Notes: generated from the letters alone by a model not told the origin. Shown: positions 1-13,115, counted from the stretch's first letter. The stretch: 64,000 bases of DNA from Eledone cirrhosa (GCA_964016885.1 OZ024743.1:277884001-277948000); one strand, 5' to 3'. Numbers and translations: made by a program.

Positions 1-211
1 AATGCTGATGTATTTCTTTTATCTTTATTTGTTTTCCCTCCAAATCAAGCATTTGGTGATAGGTTAATGGCAAAAACATTTGATCTGGATCAAGGAAGCA
101 TCCAGTTCGTAGTCAAATAACTCGTATTTCTATATGTCTATGTGTTATTATGTGAGTCTATATGTATATGTGTTTGTATGTAACTGGAGAAAAATGTAGA
201 TATAGATAGAT

Positions 212-217
<6 letters not shown>

Positions 218-295
<78 letters not shown>
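218..295. repeat. (AG)n microsatellite
   Basis: Direct reading of GA dinucleotide run. Confidence 0.95.
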
Positions 296-297
<2 letters not shown>

Positions 298-1636
298 GGA
301 GTGACTACCCGTTCATGTAGTTAAATATAAGGATACACGAATGGCTGGGTGTTGAAAACCGTCTCATCAATGACATCAAACAAATGGGTAAATGGGAAAT
401 GTTAACTGACCAAAATAGTAATGAGAGTCTGATCACACACATTCAAATAACTACAGTCACTTCCATTTCGATGGTATTATGCTGTGATACGTTATTTGAT
501 AAATCCTTTCCCAACTTCAGACGATGACTCACTCATACAGTCGGTTATAATTTAGTTTTGGTTAAGCAATAACGCCAATGAGACTTGTCAACATTTCTGA
601 GGTTATTCCTGTACTAGGCATGTGTATCATAGTGATGTTTCACGGTGCAGACGACACACGACACGGTTGCCAAACAGACATCAGAATTTTGTTATTGAAA
701 AGTCGCCTTTAATAGTTGAATAAACATTTAAGCAAATCTCTTAATTAATCCTAAGAAGTCTCTTCGTAGTCACCCAGCAAATTCTATCCTATCATTTTTA
801 AAAAGGACACATTTAGTTGTTATTAGGTATAGCCTCAATATGATTCGTAATTCTTTATGAAGTAATCAGAGTGTTCAGTTTCCTGTCAATGGGAGGGCTT
901 ATAGCGTTTACCTTTCTCTTTGCTAAGCCCAGTCTCACAAACCTTAATGTGTCCCTATTCCATAAATCCTAATTTTTATCACTGGTTATACTGCAGTACG
1001 CATGTGCATCAGTGCAAAGTTATTTGATGCAGACGACATGGTTGAGAAACAAACACTGCAGCTCCGTTCAGGCAATATTTAAGTAATTAATAGTTGAATA
1101 AATATTTAGGTAATTTTTAAAATTAATCCCAAGGAGAATCTGTTGTCGCTCGTCAAATCACAGTCTATCGTCAAATCACAGCCGATCATCCAGTCTATCT
1201 GGAAAAAGAAAGACTGGATGATCAAGACTAAGAATAATTGTGCTCATATGTCTGATCGAAAAGTTTAACCTCGAGATTCTTCGAAGTCGTTCGACAAATC
1301 AAAATCTACGGCCTCTTAAAAAGTACGTTTGACAAAAACTGCAAAAAAATTATTTTAAAAAATGGCTCATCACGACGGAAAAGTTTTTAGTCATTAGATT
1401 GATCGATCAAAACTAATCTGAAGTTGAAGAAAATAGTAACGACAAAAACATGGTCAATGTATTATCTCTTCCGCTACCATTAGTCATCTTTACAAGATGA
1501 CGAAATAACATATCATATCAAACCAAGGGACAGGCGGGTACAAAAGAGAGAGAGAGGACAATTGACAAAGAGAGAAAATTAGTGAATGAGAAGAAAGTCA
1601 GAGAAAGGTAGAAAAGATAAGTAAGACAGAAATATG

Positions 1637-1676
1637 TAGTGAGTGAGTGAGTGAGTGAGTGAGTGAGTGAGTGAGT

Positions 1677-1744
<68 letters not shown>
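1637..1744. repeat. (GTGA)n followed by (GA)n microsatellite
   Basis: Direct reading. Confidence 0.95.
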
Positions 1745-1747
<3 letters not shown>

Positions 1748-2399
1748 TGCGGGGAAAGTGTGTGCTGTCAATAATATTCAGACAACGAAAGCTCGGCACT
1801 TTCAGGAAGAATGTTCTGCTGTGGAGAAGTATCTCTGTTACAGAAAGGTTGATATATATTTGTTTACTAGTGAAACGGGAGATGGACTAGTTAGATAAAT
1901 ATGCTAGACCTCATTAATGAATGATAAAATATAGTAACTCCATGCTGACATACAAATTTTAAACCACCCGTTGACGATGATTGTAAAACTCATGAAAAAT
2001 ATACTCTTTAAACTTTAAGACCAAAACTTTGCGTCGAAAGAAGTTGCATAACTTAGAATATACAAATTTAAAGTTTCATCTTTTTTTGTCTGTTCTAATA
2101 CTCTCTCATGAATTCTTAAATTCTTGTAATTCTTCCCTAATATTAAAAATGGTCCCCTTAGCCCTGCCACTAAGGACAACTAGAGTAGGGTTAGCTGGTC
2201 AATTTTATAAACGTAGCACAAAACTTTAAAAAATTAGGGGATTACGTTATAAATTGTCCCAAAGTGAAAATATTTATAATAAATAAAACAATATATATAG
2301 ATATATAAAGATTGCCAATTTTCCAAGTTGATAATTTAATAGAATATTCAAAAGGATCTTACTTTCAAAAATAACGTAACTAATAATCGAAATAAAAAT

Positions 2400-2580
2400 A
2401 ATTGTTTCTACTTTCGGCACAAGGCCAGCCATTACCCAGTGCATTACTGGTACTTTATTTTATCGACCCCGTAAGGATGAAAGGCAAAGTCAACCTCGGC
2501 GGGATTTGAACACAGATCGTAAAGGGACGTAACTATGCTGGAAAGCATGGCGTCCGACCCTCTACCGATACTGCCAATCT
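2400..2580 (-). mobile_element. tRNA-derived SINE, family A (short variant)
   Basis: Reverse strand reads TGGCAGTATCGG (A box) ... GTTCAAATCCC (B box) ... GCCTTTCATCCTTACGGGGTCGATAAAATAAAGTACCAG ... GGCCTTGTGCC; many near-identical copies in the window. Confidence 0.85.
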
Positions 2581-2625
2581 AATTAATATTTATGTGCAGT
2601 GATGAAACGGGGATTCCTGCAAAAC

Positions 2626-2670
<45 letters not shown>

Positions 2671-2693
2671 GTGGAGGATATATATATATATAT

Positions 2694-2743
<50 letters not shown>

Positions 2744-2748
2744 CGGCG

Positions 2749-2798
<50 letters not shown>

Positions 2799-2812
2799 GT
2801 GGAGGATAGAGA
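2626..2812. repeat. compound (GA)n/(TA)n microsatellite with recurring GCGGTGGAGGATA spacer
   Basis: Three GA tracts each ending in GCGG(T/C)GGAGGATA. Confidence 0.9.
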
Positions 2813-3695
2813 GTGAAAGAAATGCAGAGAAAAAAAAGAAAGAAAAAGAGAGTGTGTTTGTGAAAATTTCGACTTCAGTAACGGATTTATCGACCAAGAA
2901 GAATTGAATGACAGTGTTGAACTTGGTGAGATTTGAACTGAGAGCAGAGAGAGCCAGGACGAAGGCAATCACAAGGCAATCATTTAGACAATCTTATGAT
3001 TCAGCCAATTTGCTGGCTTTAGTAATAAGCTATAGTTTTCTTAAATCGTCTGCACCTAAAACATGTCACCATGTACCCATGTTAAAACCCATTATTTTTA
3101 GTGACAACTCATTAAATTGCCGCTGAATGAAACCAGTGAAGTATATTTGAATCGCGATGTGATACCTTCACTTTATAAGTAATTTCTATAATGTCTTTAC
3201 TAAAGGCCTGCTTGTAATAGCACATACAAGAAATCCACTTCGCTTACATTATTAAGAAATAACGAATATGTTAGTTTAATCTGTTGCAGACCAATTTAGA
3301 TCAATCACACGACCTTTATGATAATAATTCTGATAAAAGAACGGAAAGAAGAAATATCCATCAGTGAGTAAATCGATAAATGTGAAAAGGGGTTAATATA
3401 TATTGGCGCTTTTTGATAGGATAACATAGCTGGACCTTTTACAAAGCTACAGACAAATTTACTCGTTACGTAAGCGAAAATCGTAATATTGAGAAATCTA
3501 AATTTGATGGTATCTGCTGCGTTTGTACAATTGAAAGAAATTGGGAAGTAAAGTATGATGGAAAGTCATGAAAGACTGAAGGAAAGAAAATAGAAATAGA
3601 AAAGAAAGAGAAATGGGAGAGAGATCTTACATTCATATATATATATATACTGTACATTGATAAACACACTCTCTCTCTCGTGTATTATATTCTCC

Positions 3696-3754
<59 letters not shown>

Positions 3755-4104
3755 ATATTATATATGTTTATTCATTCTTTTTGTCAGTTATTTTACTGCC
3801 ACTCCATCATCTATCTGTCTGCATGCCTGCTTGTTTGCCTCTCTTACAATCTGTTTGACTATCTATCTTTCTAGCTACCTAATAATCTAGCTGTCGTCTG
3901 TTCTACAGTGTGGATGTAATTCACTTCGCGCAGAAGTTTTGTTCAAATTTATTGAGGAAATTTTGTGAGTTCAAACTTAATTTTGATACAATTGTGTAGC
4001 TTGACCCCCCCCCCCCCCCGTCTGAACTGTCAGGCGGTGGGTCAGCTCATCTTTACCCCTCCTAGAGGCGAAAAACCTGTTTTAAAAAATTTTGTGGCAA
4101 AAAA

Positions 4105-6025
4105 ATGTTCAATCGTCTAACAGAAATGTTAAACGCAGCGAACGAAAATAGTGGTGGGGGGACAGCGGTAAGAGTTGTAAGCTCGCACGCTTTAGTCCCC
4201 CCTTCCTTCCCAACTAACGTCATAGAGAAGGAAGGAAAAATTAAAATAAAAACAGACGAATCTGCGGAGAAAAAAAAATGACGAAAACACAAATCTGGAC
4301 ATGGATTCCAACAACGAAAAAAAAAAATTGAAAAATTGCATGACAATACTAATAACACAAACAAAGACACAACAAACACAAAAATAACATTTGAAAATAA
4401 CACCATAACAGAAAGCAAAGCAGACGACAAGATTTCATTTGCACAGAAAACAAAGAAATCTTTAACTTATATACCGGAAAATATTTCAGATGTGGCACGA
4501 AGGATCACAGACGCCAAACAATACATAAGTGAAGGAGAGAATGGTATTTTATCGGTAAAAATGCCTCAAGAATTCACCAAAGACATTGAAAGCCGAACGG
4601 TCAAGTTTCGGACCATCAACAACAGTACAAAAAAACCTGAACAGCCTTCTCAAGCAGATATCAAAACAGTACTCACAGAAGTACTTAATGAAACCACTTT
4701 CATAAGAAAAGACAGACTGTATGGAAGCCTAGCAATTATCATGAAGAACGAATCGGCGCCAAAAAAATGTGCTTTGTCACCGATTCGTTCGAAAAATTTT
4801 ACCTTTTATCCATCTTATATGGGTAAAAGAACTCAACGCATATGGCTGGATGCAATGATGCCAGATGTGGACTACTGCTGGCTCATAGCTGGCTTCATCG
4901 ATCCAGTGAATGACAACGTGATTTCCATTGGGAAAACCACAGGCAATGCGTTCAGTGGAACAGGTATAGAGCTGGTAGTGCAAATGAAGCCTGAACGCAT
5001 CGCCCAAATACCCGACAGAATGCTATTAGAGGACCACGGGTATATAAACATTAGCGTGGAGGGGAGAAAGCCGTCCTGCCATATCTGTGCAGGCAGAGGG
5101 CACCTGAAGGCCGCTTGTCCCCAACTCAACAAAAAGAAAACCTTGCTACCAACACCAGCTCCACCACCACCACCACAACAGATAAACAAACAACAAAACT
5201 CAGTCCCACCCAACCCGTCCCTCAGTAAAACCACACCACCACCACAACACAAACAGTCACAACACATTACCCCAAAACAAAATACAGGCCCACCCAACCT
5301 CTCACTCAATAAAACAACACAACCACCGCAGACACAACACACAACACAGTCTAACATAGTGACATCCATCTCCCCCATAAAGAAAACCAACACGGAAACA
5401 TTACCAGCAAACATACCTGTTCCCTCCAACACTGAAGATAACCCAACGAATTCGGAGGAAGAAACGGAGTCCTTCAGACAGATTAAAAGGAAAAAAAGAT
5501 AACATGTGCAAAACACACAAGGCCAAACAACCCCCACCCAAATCTCAACACGATCCAACAAAACAGAAAACACCCCTCCAGCAACAAACAAAACCAAACC
5601 TGCCCCTCCCCTCTTCGAAACACTCACACCATCCGAAAAAAAAGACATTACACTATACTTACATCAACAGAAACAATAATAAATTAAATGAACTCATATA
5701 CAATAATCCTTCGGTACAAACCGAAGGTGTAAACTTTGTCTCCTCAGAAAACTACCCACATTTAAAATTAATAAAGATCCCAATGAACCTCTACCAAAAA
5801 CTAAAAAAGGATTTTAAGGAGGACGTAGGACCACCCTCTGTCAAACCCATAAACCGCGTCCTACTAAAAAGCTTTCCCCCTCCCCTTCCCCTCCCCAACA
5901 CAACTCCAAACACCCCAACCCCACCACACACTGACGACCCCACACTACCACAAGACACCCCTTCACCCAACACCCCCGACCCCATGGAAGTCGTGCAACC
6001 CGAACCCCGGGAAGCGGAAAGGTAG
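4105..6025 (+). pseudogene. LINE ORF1 (gag-like, CCHC zinc knuckle), interrupted
   Basis: ATG at 4105 is in frame with ORF 4336-5502, which carries CHICAGRGHLKAAC; stops at 4279 and 5500 lie next to poly-A runs; Pro/Thr-rich tail continues in another frame to 6025. Confidence 0.75.
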
Positions 6026-6058
6026 GTCTCTACACTCTCCTTTGGCTCTGCCGCCCAC

Positions 6059-9000
6059 ATGGATGTGTTAAGAGTAGGATGTTTGAATGCACGTGGCCTG
6101 GGCTCAACTTGGAAGCAAGCAAAGCTTCTAAATGACCTCAGGTCATGTAGTATAAATGTAATGGTTATCTGTGAGACTCGAATCAGCGTCGTGCGGCGGC
6201 TGGCCCCCACCTTCGATGACTTTGAGGTGCATGCATCTCTCTGTCAACCTGGAGGTGGGGGTGGGGTTGTCGTACTGCTGCAAAAACACCTGGGTCTTGC
6301 CGTACAGGTTGTGCACTCGGACCCGGAGGGTCGTTTATTGGTGCTAGACGTTGGCAGTAGTGAAAGTGCGGCCTTGAGACTGGTCGCCGTCTACTCCCCT
6401 TTCGGAGCTGAACGGCCCGACTTCTTCCAGCGTTTGGAGACTTTTCTGGGAACGTCGCGTTCCCTGCTTCTAGCGGGGGATTGGAATGACATCCTAGATG
6501 CACGTTGGGACTATGCAGGAGCATGTCCTAATAGAGGGAGGTGTAACAGCCTCAAGGGGTTACTCGACCGTTTTAACTTGGTCGATAGATATCGACTAGA
6601 TTTTCCAACTGTGCCTACCTGGACTTGGAGAAACCACAGTGGTCAATCTAGATCGTACTTAGATAGATTCTTAGTTAGAAGTAAGGATAGGGACATATTA
6701 AGCTGTCCAGAAATGCGCACGGTTGGCTACACGGACCACAAATTAGTGACCTGCGTAGTCAATCTCGAGAAAACACATAAACAGGGTCCCGGTTACTGGA
6801 AACTTAATTTGTCTTTACCGGCAAAAGAGACTTACAGAAACGGGATTAGCAGATTAGTTAAGGAGAGGTTGACGGGTGCAATCGTCAACAACCGATGGTG
6901 GGCATCTCTCAAAAGAGAGATTAGAACAGAATCAATAAGTTATAGCAAGATGTTAGCTACCGATAGGAATAGAAACGAGAAAGAATTAACAGGTAAATTA
7001 GAAGAGGCAATCAAGAGCGAAGATGTGGCCAGAGTGCTGGCATCGAGGACGGCCTTGAACCAGTTTTTCGATGCAAAGCACGAAGGCTGCGTCATTCGAA
7101 GTAAAATACGTGCTCTAGGTAATGAGGGGGCCAAAGCCGTTGGCTGGGCCCGCGTGACAGAAGCTAAGAGTGGAAATCGATCCACCATCCGGTCGTTGCA
7201 AGACGAAGATGGACGGGTGATCCGGGAGCCTAAGCAGATGTGCGAGGCCTTTCAAAGGCACTTTGCCCGATTGTTCGGGGGAGGCGAGGGTCCGGGCGGG
7301 GGCGTGGATTTCGGTCCATACCTCGACGGCCTGCCGCGTCTCTCGAGCGAAAAGGCAGAGTCCTGCGAGGGACCAATCTCGGCTGATGAGATCGGAGATG
7401 CGCTGAGCCAATGCAGCAGACGCAAATCTCCAGGTCTCGATGGTATACCTTACGAACTTTATTTAGCAATGCCGGTCTTCTTCTCCGAACTCCTCGAAGC
7501 GGTCTACAGCAATTGGCAGCAGAACGGGAGAATTCCTTGTTCTGTAGCCAAGGGCGTAGTCACGCTGGTGAGGAAGGACGAGAACAAGGGGGGTAGTATA
7601 AATAATTTTCGGCCCATAACCCTGCTAAACACAGAGTTAAAGATTTTGGCCAAGGTGTTAGCAAAGAGGTTGGCGCTTGTCGTGGGTGGCCTGGTGGGAG
7701 ATGCGCAGACATGTGCTATCCCATCCAGGTCCATTCACGATAACCTCCACCTCATGCGATACATCATAGAGAGGGTTGGCAACAAACCCGGCTTCGGTGG
7801 GGCCCTGATCAACTTGGATCAGTCTAAGGCCTTCGATAGGGTCGACCATGGTTACCTGGATGCGGTGCTAGCGGCGGCTGGGTTCGGTCCTGTTTTCAGA
7901 GGCTGGATAACTGCCTTACATAGCAACCACATCTGTTCTAGGATCAAGGTGAACGGCTACCTTTCGAAGCCGTTCGAAATCACACGATCCATTCGACAGG
8001 GGTGCCCTCTCTCCTCCCTTCTGTACGTATTGACTCTCGAGCCTTTACTGAGGAAGCTGGAGTTGTTGCAGGGTATCCCCCTGGAACCAGGATTGAGCAA
8101 AGCGGTGACGGCCTACGCCGATGACGTAACAGTAATGGTATCGACCGACTCGGAGATCGAGGCGATCGGTACCTTACTGGAGGAGTACGAAAGGTTGTCA
8201 GGAGCGAAACTGAACCGGGAAAAATCCATCGGGCTGCAACTCAGAACGTGGAGAGGCAGACCGATGCCTCCTGACGGTGTCGTCGGACACTGGACGGAGG
8301 GCCCGGTAAAGTTGCTTGGGGTCTGGTTTGGACCGGACCTCCAGGTGGAAAAGAACTGGAACGAGGTTACGAACAAGGTGTTTGCACTAACCCAGAAATG
8401 GGCCAAGTGTAAGCTGTCCCTAAAAGGCCGGGCGGAGGTGGCGAACATTTACATAGCGTCCGTCACTTACTACCGCCTGACTGTCGTGCCTTGCCCTAAG
8501 GAAACACTCACCACCATGGAACGCATGCTCTTCCAATTTCTTTGGAAGAAGCGCCCTCCTATGGTGAGAAGATCCATCTGCTGCCAACAACCTTCGAAAG
8601 GAGGGCTGGGGATGCCGTGGTTGATGATGCGTAGGCACGCATTAAGGCTACGGCACCTACAGGTAATCCTCACTGGTCAACCGGTGTGGGCTCCGTTCGT
8701 GAAACGAGCCTTTCCGAGACTCGTCTCGCTCACCGAGCTACAGTCCTGGGTCAAGCAAAGATCCGGAAAACTGGGAGAGTGGCACACTGAGTGTGCTCAG
8801 GCGCTCAGGGCTCTCTGGCAAGCGGGCCAGGCCATCGGTGGAGAATCCACCTCATCATTCTATAGAGGGCTGGTGGCTAGCAGGGGCGATGACACCCTTG
8901 GAGAGTCGCTGGACATGGAAGAAGACGAACTGGCCAGCCTGTTCGGTAGGACTTTCGGCCCAGGACCAATGGACAACTTCCAGAAGTCACTGGCCTGGCA

Positions 9001-9481
9001 GTGCTACCGGGGGGCTCTACCCGTTCGAGAGAGGCTCTACAGACAGGATCCCTCAAAAAAGATTTGCCCTAGATGCGTGCGTCACGAAGAAACCGTTGCG
9101 CACGCATTGGTGCAATGTCCGGGCGTGGCTGATCTGTGGGGCTACGCCGAACGACTGCTGTCGCGGGTGGCGCCGATTAAATTGACCGCCGAGTCCGTGA
9201 TGACAATCAAACCGCCTCCCCTCTTCACAAAGGAAGCAAAGGCGGTTTTTCTGTGCGTAATAACCATGTTGAAAGAGGTTGTTTGGTGGACACGATTGAA
9301 AGGTCTGAGGTCAGGCAACTTCCTCTCTGGCCATAGTCTGGTCTACTTCTTCCGATATCACTTCGGAAGAAGGATAAGAATGGAGAGAGAGGTGCTTGGC
9401 CACAGGCAGTTTTATGAAAGGTGGGTGATTGTGGCGAGAATGGCTCGTGTAAATGGGCCTTCTCTGTATACCATCCTGTAG
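6059..9481 (+). CDS. LINE ORF2: APE endonuclease, reverse transcriptase and C-terminal CCHC zinc finger
   Basis: 1140-aa open frame; APE motifs LNARGL, CET, GDWN, YLDRF, TDH; WKLN linker; RT motifs SPGLDG, FRPITLLN, DQSKAFDRV, IRQGCPLS, YADD; CPRC...H...C. Confidence 0.97.
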   Translation: MDVLRVGCLNARGLGSTWKQAKLLNDLRSCSINVMVICETRISVVRRLAPTFDDFEVHASLCQPGGGGGVVVLLQKHLGLAVQVVHSDPEGRLLVLDVGSSESAALRLVAVYSPFGAERPDFFQRLETFLGTSRSLLLAGDWNDILDARWDYAGACPNRGRCNSLKGLLDRFNLVDRYRLDFPTVPTWTWRNHSGQSRSYLDRFLVRSKDRDILSCPEMRTVGYTDHKLVTCVVNLEKTHKQGPGYWKLNLSLPAKETYRNGISRLVKERLTGAIVNNRWWASLKREIRTESISYSKMLATDRNRNEKELTGKLEEAIKSEDVARVLASRTALNQFFDAKHEGCVIRSKIRALGNEGAKAVGWARVTEAKSGNRSTIRSLQDEDGRVIREPKQMCEAFQRHFARLFGGGEGPGGGVDFGPYLDGLPRLSSEKAESCEGPISADEIGDALSQCSRRKSPGLDGIPYELYLAMPVFFSELLEAVYSNWQQNGRIPCSVAKGVVTLVRKDENKGGSINNFRPITLLNTELKILAKVLAKRLALVVGGLVGDAQTCAIPSRSIHDNLHLMRYIIERVGNKPGFGGALINLDQSKAFDRVDHGYLDAVLAAAGFGPVFRGWITALHSNHICSRIKVNGYLSKPFEITRSIRQGCPLSSLLYVLTLEPLLRKLELLQGIPLEPGLSKAVTAYADDVTVMVSTDSEIEAIGTLLEEYERLSGAKLNREKSIGLQLRTWRGRPMPPDGVVGHWTEGPVKLLGVWFGPDLQVEKNWNEVTNKVFALTQKWAKCKLSLKGRAEVANIYIASVTYYRLTVVPCPKETLTTMERMLFQFLWKKRPPMVRRSICCQQPSKGGLGMPWLMMRRHALRLRHLQVILTGQPVWAPFVKRAFPRLVSLTELQSWVKQRSGKLGEWHTECAQALRALWQAGQAIGGESTSSFYRGLVASRGDDTLGESLDMEEDELASLFGRTFGPGPMDNFQKSLAWQCYRGALPVRERLYRQDPSKKICPRCVRHEETVAHALVQCPGVADLWGYAERLLSRVAPIKLTAESVMTIKPPPLFTKEAKAVFLCVITMLKEVVWWTRLKGLRSGNFLSGHSLVYFFRYHFGRRIRMEREVLGHRQFYERWVIVARMARVNGPSLYTIL

Positions 9482-10311
9482 GTAAAGAAGTAAAGGAGAG
9501 GGGAGCACCTTCTCCATGTGCTCCCCGGGCAAAGGATTGTACACTTTTTCGGGGTTGTGTGCAACCCCCATCACGTCCCCTCCCTTTTGCGGTTATTTTC
9601 GATTATTTTCATGTTACACCCTTTTTACTCGATTATATGTAAACTCCCCTTTGTATTTGTCCCTTCATTTTATGCCTTTATGGTAAATAAAGAAATCTAT
9701 CTTTCTAGCTACCTATCTATTTAACAATATCGCCATTGTAGCCTCGGTCTCCCACTCTCGTTCCGTCAATGTGCTTTTCACTTTTCACGTTAAATCCTTG
9801 CTCCTTTCACTTAATGTTTTATTTTCTCGATCAGCTAAGATTATCCAAAACAATTACTAGACAAGATTTCCCTTTAGATGTGTAAGAAATACAGAGTTGT
9901 TCCACAATATATTTAGTTAATCGGTTGTGCTTTTCTTTCTTCCACTCTACCGCTTGTGTTGACAGAAATATCTGTTAAATATCTCTACAATCGCACCTTA
10001 AAGATGAATTACATATTAGACCCTATAGTCTTAGATAAAATAAAACAAAAAAATGGTCTTGAGAGAAACGCTTTTCATCAAAGCTCAGGACGACTGACTT
10101 GTGATAATTTGTCACACCACGCCAATTGAGAAAGTAAAACCCAAAGCACCCACCAGTAGGACTCTCCTACCACCACGTACCAACAGATTGTGCTCAAACT
10201 TACCAAAAAGCTTATATCAGACCTGCCAACCTCTAAAAACACAAACAGGAAATACTATGGAAAAAAAATGCTCCAAAACAGTGAGAAAAGAGGCAAAATG
10301 AGATTTTACAT

Positions 10312-10500
10312 AATTGTTTCTACTTTAGGCACAAGGCCTGCAATTACCCAGTGCATTACTGGTACTTTATTTTATCGACCCCGTAAGGATGAAAGGCAAA
10401 GTCAACCTCGGCGGGATTTGAACTCAGTTCGTAAAGAGACGTAACTATGCTGGAAAGCATGGCGTCCGACCCTCCACCGATACTGCCAATCCACCGCCCT
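10312..10500 (-). mobile_element. tRNA-derived SINE family A (short variant)
   Basis: Near-identical to 2400-2580, including the 5' end GGGCGGTGGATTGGCAG. Confidence 0.88.
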
Positions 10501-10599
10501 TGAGATTTTACATAATGAAAGCTATACTCATTTTCACAAGAAAAAACATCTCTCAACCGCTCCGAAGTAGGTCGGAGATCTCTCCGTCGGACAGGCAAG

Positions 10600-10810
10600 G
10601 TTGACAGGTCTGTTATATGCTGTCGTTCAACATGCTAGAAACATCAGTAAAATCTCTCTTATATCACATCCTAACTTCCTACAAAGGAAAGGCTTCATTA
10701 GATAATGCATTCCTAGATAGCGGTGAAAAGATGGGATGGTGTCAACCGGATTCTCTTTGATCATATATTTGCTCCATCGGGCTTGACCTAGGGCTAAACG
10801 ACTACGAATA
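10600..10810 (+). repeat. old interspersed repeat (SINE-tail-like)
   Basis: Motifs AAATCTCTCT(C/T)A(A/T)ATCACA and TTTGATCAT...GACCT(A/G)GGGCTAAAC recur at about 24830-25050 and 63770-63960. Confidence 0.5.
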
Positions 10811-10891
10811 TACTACATTAAAAGGCATTATACTTAACTGCATCCGGTGTTTATACATTTCTGTATATGGACACATTTGTCCATATAATAT

Positions 10892-11010
10892 AACGTGGTT
10901 GAATGGTTAAGCAGTGTTATCTTAGGCATATGTCATTTACTATAGCTTCGGGTTGACCCATGCCTTGTGAGTGAAATTGACAGAAACTGTTTGGAAGCCC
11001 GTACGACGGA
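10892..11010 (+). mobile_element. degenerate tRNA-derived SINE, family B
   Basis: TGGTTGAATGGTTAAG head, then TACTATAGCTTCGGGTTGACCCATGCCTTGTGAGTG...GGAAGCCCG; related pieces at about 35140-35240 (+) and 52595-52685 (-). Confidence 0.5.
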
Positions 11011-11378
11011 CTCTACCTGCAATTAAAAGGCCTACTTTGACACACACACTGATATGTTTTAAGGCTACAGGTGTTTATGGAATGCTTTGCCACTTGCATG
11101 TTAATATCACAAGCTGTCTGTTTTGGTGATCAAATAAGTGAAAGATTCATCGTCGATGCGACGGTGGTCTATTCCATAACATAATATATGTTGTTAATAA
11201 TATAAATAAGGGAAAGGCCTACAATTAATTTAAGTTACTAACACATCAAGTAGAGAGAGTATACTAATTTAGAAAAAGGTGACTCTTTCGTTACGACTTC
11301 TGTTTCATTTGTGAACTCTTCACAAAGGAATATATTTTAGTTCTCTAAAAGTCACTTTTAAAGAAAGTCAATATACAT

Positions 11379-11523
<145 letters not shown>

Positions 11524-11802
11524 CGTATAGAGAGATTGCGAAAAATTTAACATACATATGTTTAATAAGTATACGTTTAAAATATGTTGTATAAATAGAC
11601 ATTACTATTTAATTATAGGGCTTTCTACAGAACGGATTTGGGGAAAAGCCTGATAAGCTTCGTCTGACTTTTGTCGCCTCGTCAAGAATGTTTATTCTTG
11701 ATTTTCTAACCGATATAACAAGAAACTTACATCTTACTTACCAGGAATGTGACAACTATTAGGCAGCGATTTAACTCGTTTGCATGTAATTAATAACTAA
11801 AG

Positions 11803-11864
<62 letters not shown>

Positions 11865-11879
11865 ATTTATACGTACACG

Positions 11880-11919
<40 letters not shown>

Positions 11920-12363
11920 TAATGTGTGTAAATTTCCAAGTCTGTTAGTTTTTAAGTGAATCAAATAGTGAGCGTAGGAGAAAAAAAATCCCATAATTCA
12001 TTTTTTGTTGCAGTTTCTTTTTAAATGGAAAAAGTTAAAGGAAAAAAATCTTTGATGTAAGTGACTACTTGAAGAAAGTCATTAGACTTTCTAACCAGCT
12101 GCAAAATGGAATGTAATTTTTCATTACATTTCAATGAGTGTAGGCCGTGGAGAAACAAAATAATCAAGGAATATTAGTTACACCGATAAGAGAAAAAGTA
12201 TTATTCTGGTTTTACAAGGATTTGAAACAGAAGCGAAAAATGCAAGATATTAAAATCTAGCAGAAAATAATGAAGGAAGTCGAAAACAAAAAAAAAATAG
12301 TCAACTTGTTGGATTTAGTGACAACTGGTCGGGGGTCTTATAAGTACACACACATACACATTC

Positions 12364-12396
<33 letters not shown>

Positions 12397-12399
<3 letters not shown>

Positions 12400-13115
12400 A
12401 TGTATATACAGTGTATTTTGCAATACACTGTATGCTTAATTAAAAGCATTTCGAAGACCTTATGCCACCGTTTCAGAGTAGTGGCAGACTCACTTACTTT
12501 AATTTTCAGCAAACAGGGGGAGATAAAGCTGACAAGGCCTTGTTTCGCATTTATTGATGCTTATCAAAGCCAGCTACTCCTCCTGTTTGCTGAAATCATG
12601 GACGTTTGGTTCTTATAGAATTCCAGTAAATAATCAGGAACTGATTTACAGAGCGGTTGCCGGTCAAGCAGGAATTGAAAATTAGAATTGGTGCTCTGAA
12701 ATAGCTATATATATCTGAATGTATATATAGTGTATTTTGCAATACACTGTATGCTTAATTAAAAGCATTTCGAAGAGCTTATCCCACCGTTCTAATTTTC
12801 AATTTCTGCTTGACCGGCAACCGCTCTGTATAATCAGTTCCTGATTATTTACTAGAATTCTATAAGAACCAAACATCCATGATTTCAGCAAACAGGAGGA
12901 GTAGTTGGCTTTGATAAGCATCAATAAATGCGAAACAAGGCTTTGTCAGCTTTATCTCCCCCTGTTTGCTGAAAATTAAAGTAAGTGAGTCTGTCACTAC
13001 TCTGAAACGGTGGCATAAGGTCTTCGAAATGCTTTTAATTAAGCATACAGTGTATTGCAAAACACACTATATATACATTCATATATATATAGGTATTTCA
13101 GAGCACCAATTCTAA
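12397..13115. repeat. 319-bp unit plus partial tandem copy plus inverted copy, between TA tracts
   Basis: GTATAT(A/C)AGTGTATTTTGCAATACACTG at 12402 and 12721; 12790-13115 is the reverse complement (ORFs 12400+ and 13060- translate almost identically). Confidence 0.92.

Larger units (their letters stand above)
3882..9694 (+). mobile_element. full-length non-LTR retrotransposon, L1/Tx1 clade
   Basis: Two-ORF layout; 21-bp direct repeat ATCTATCTTTCTAGCTACCTA at 3861-3881 and 9695-9715 (TSD); ends with AATAAAGAA. Confidence 0.92.

Noticed and set aside
610-1140. Degenerate ~380-bp-period duplication (TGCAGACGACA...TTAATAGTTGAATAAA...ATTAATCC)
   Set aside because: Real but old, with no coding or structural signal to interpret
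2400-2580. tRNA genes at A/B-box motifs
   Set aside because: No cloverleaf; these are SINE heads
4872-5648. 258-aa Cys/Gly/Val-rich minus-strand ORF
   Set aside because: Antisense shadow of the A/C-rich ORF1
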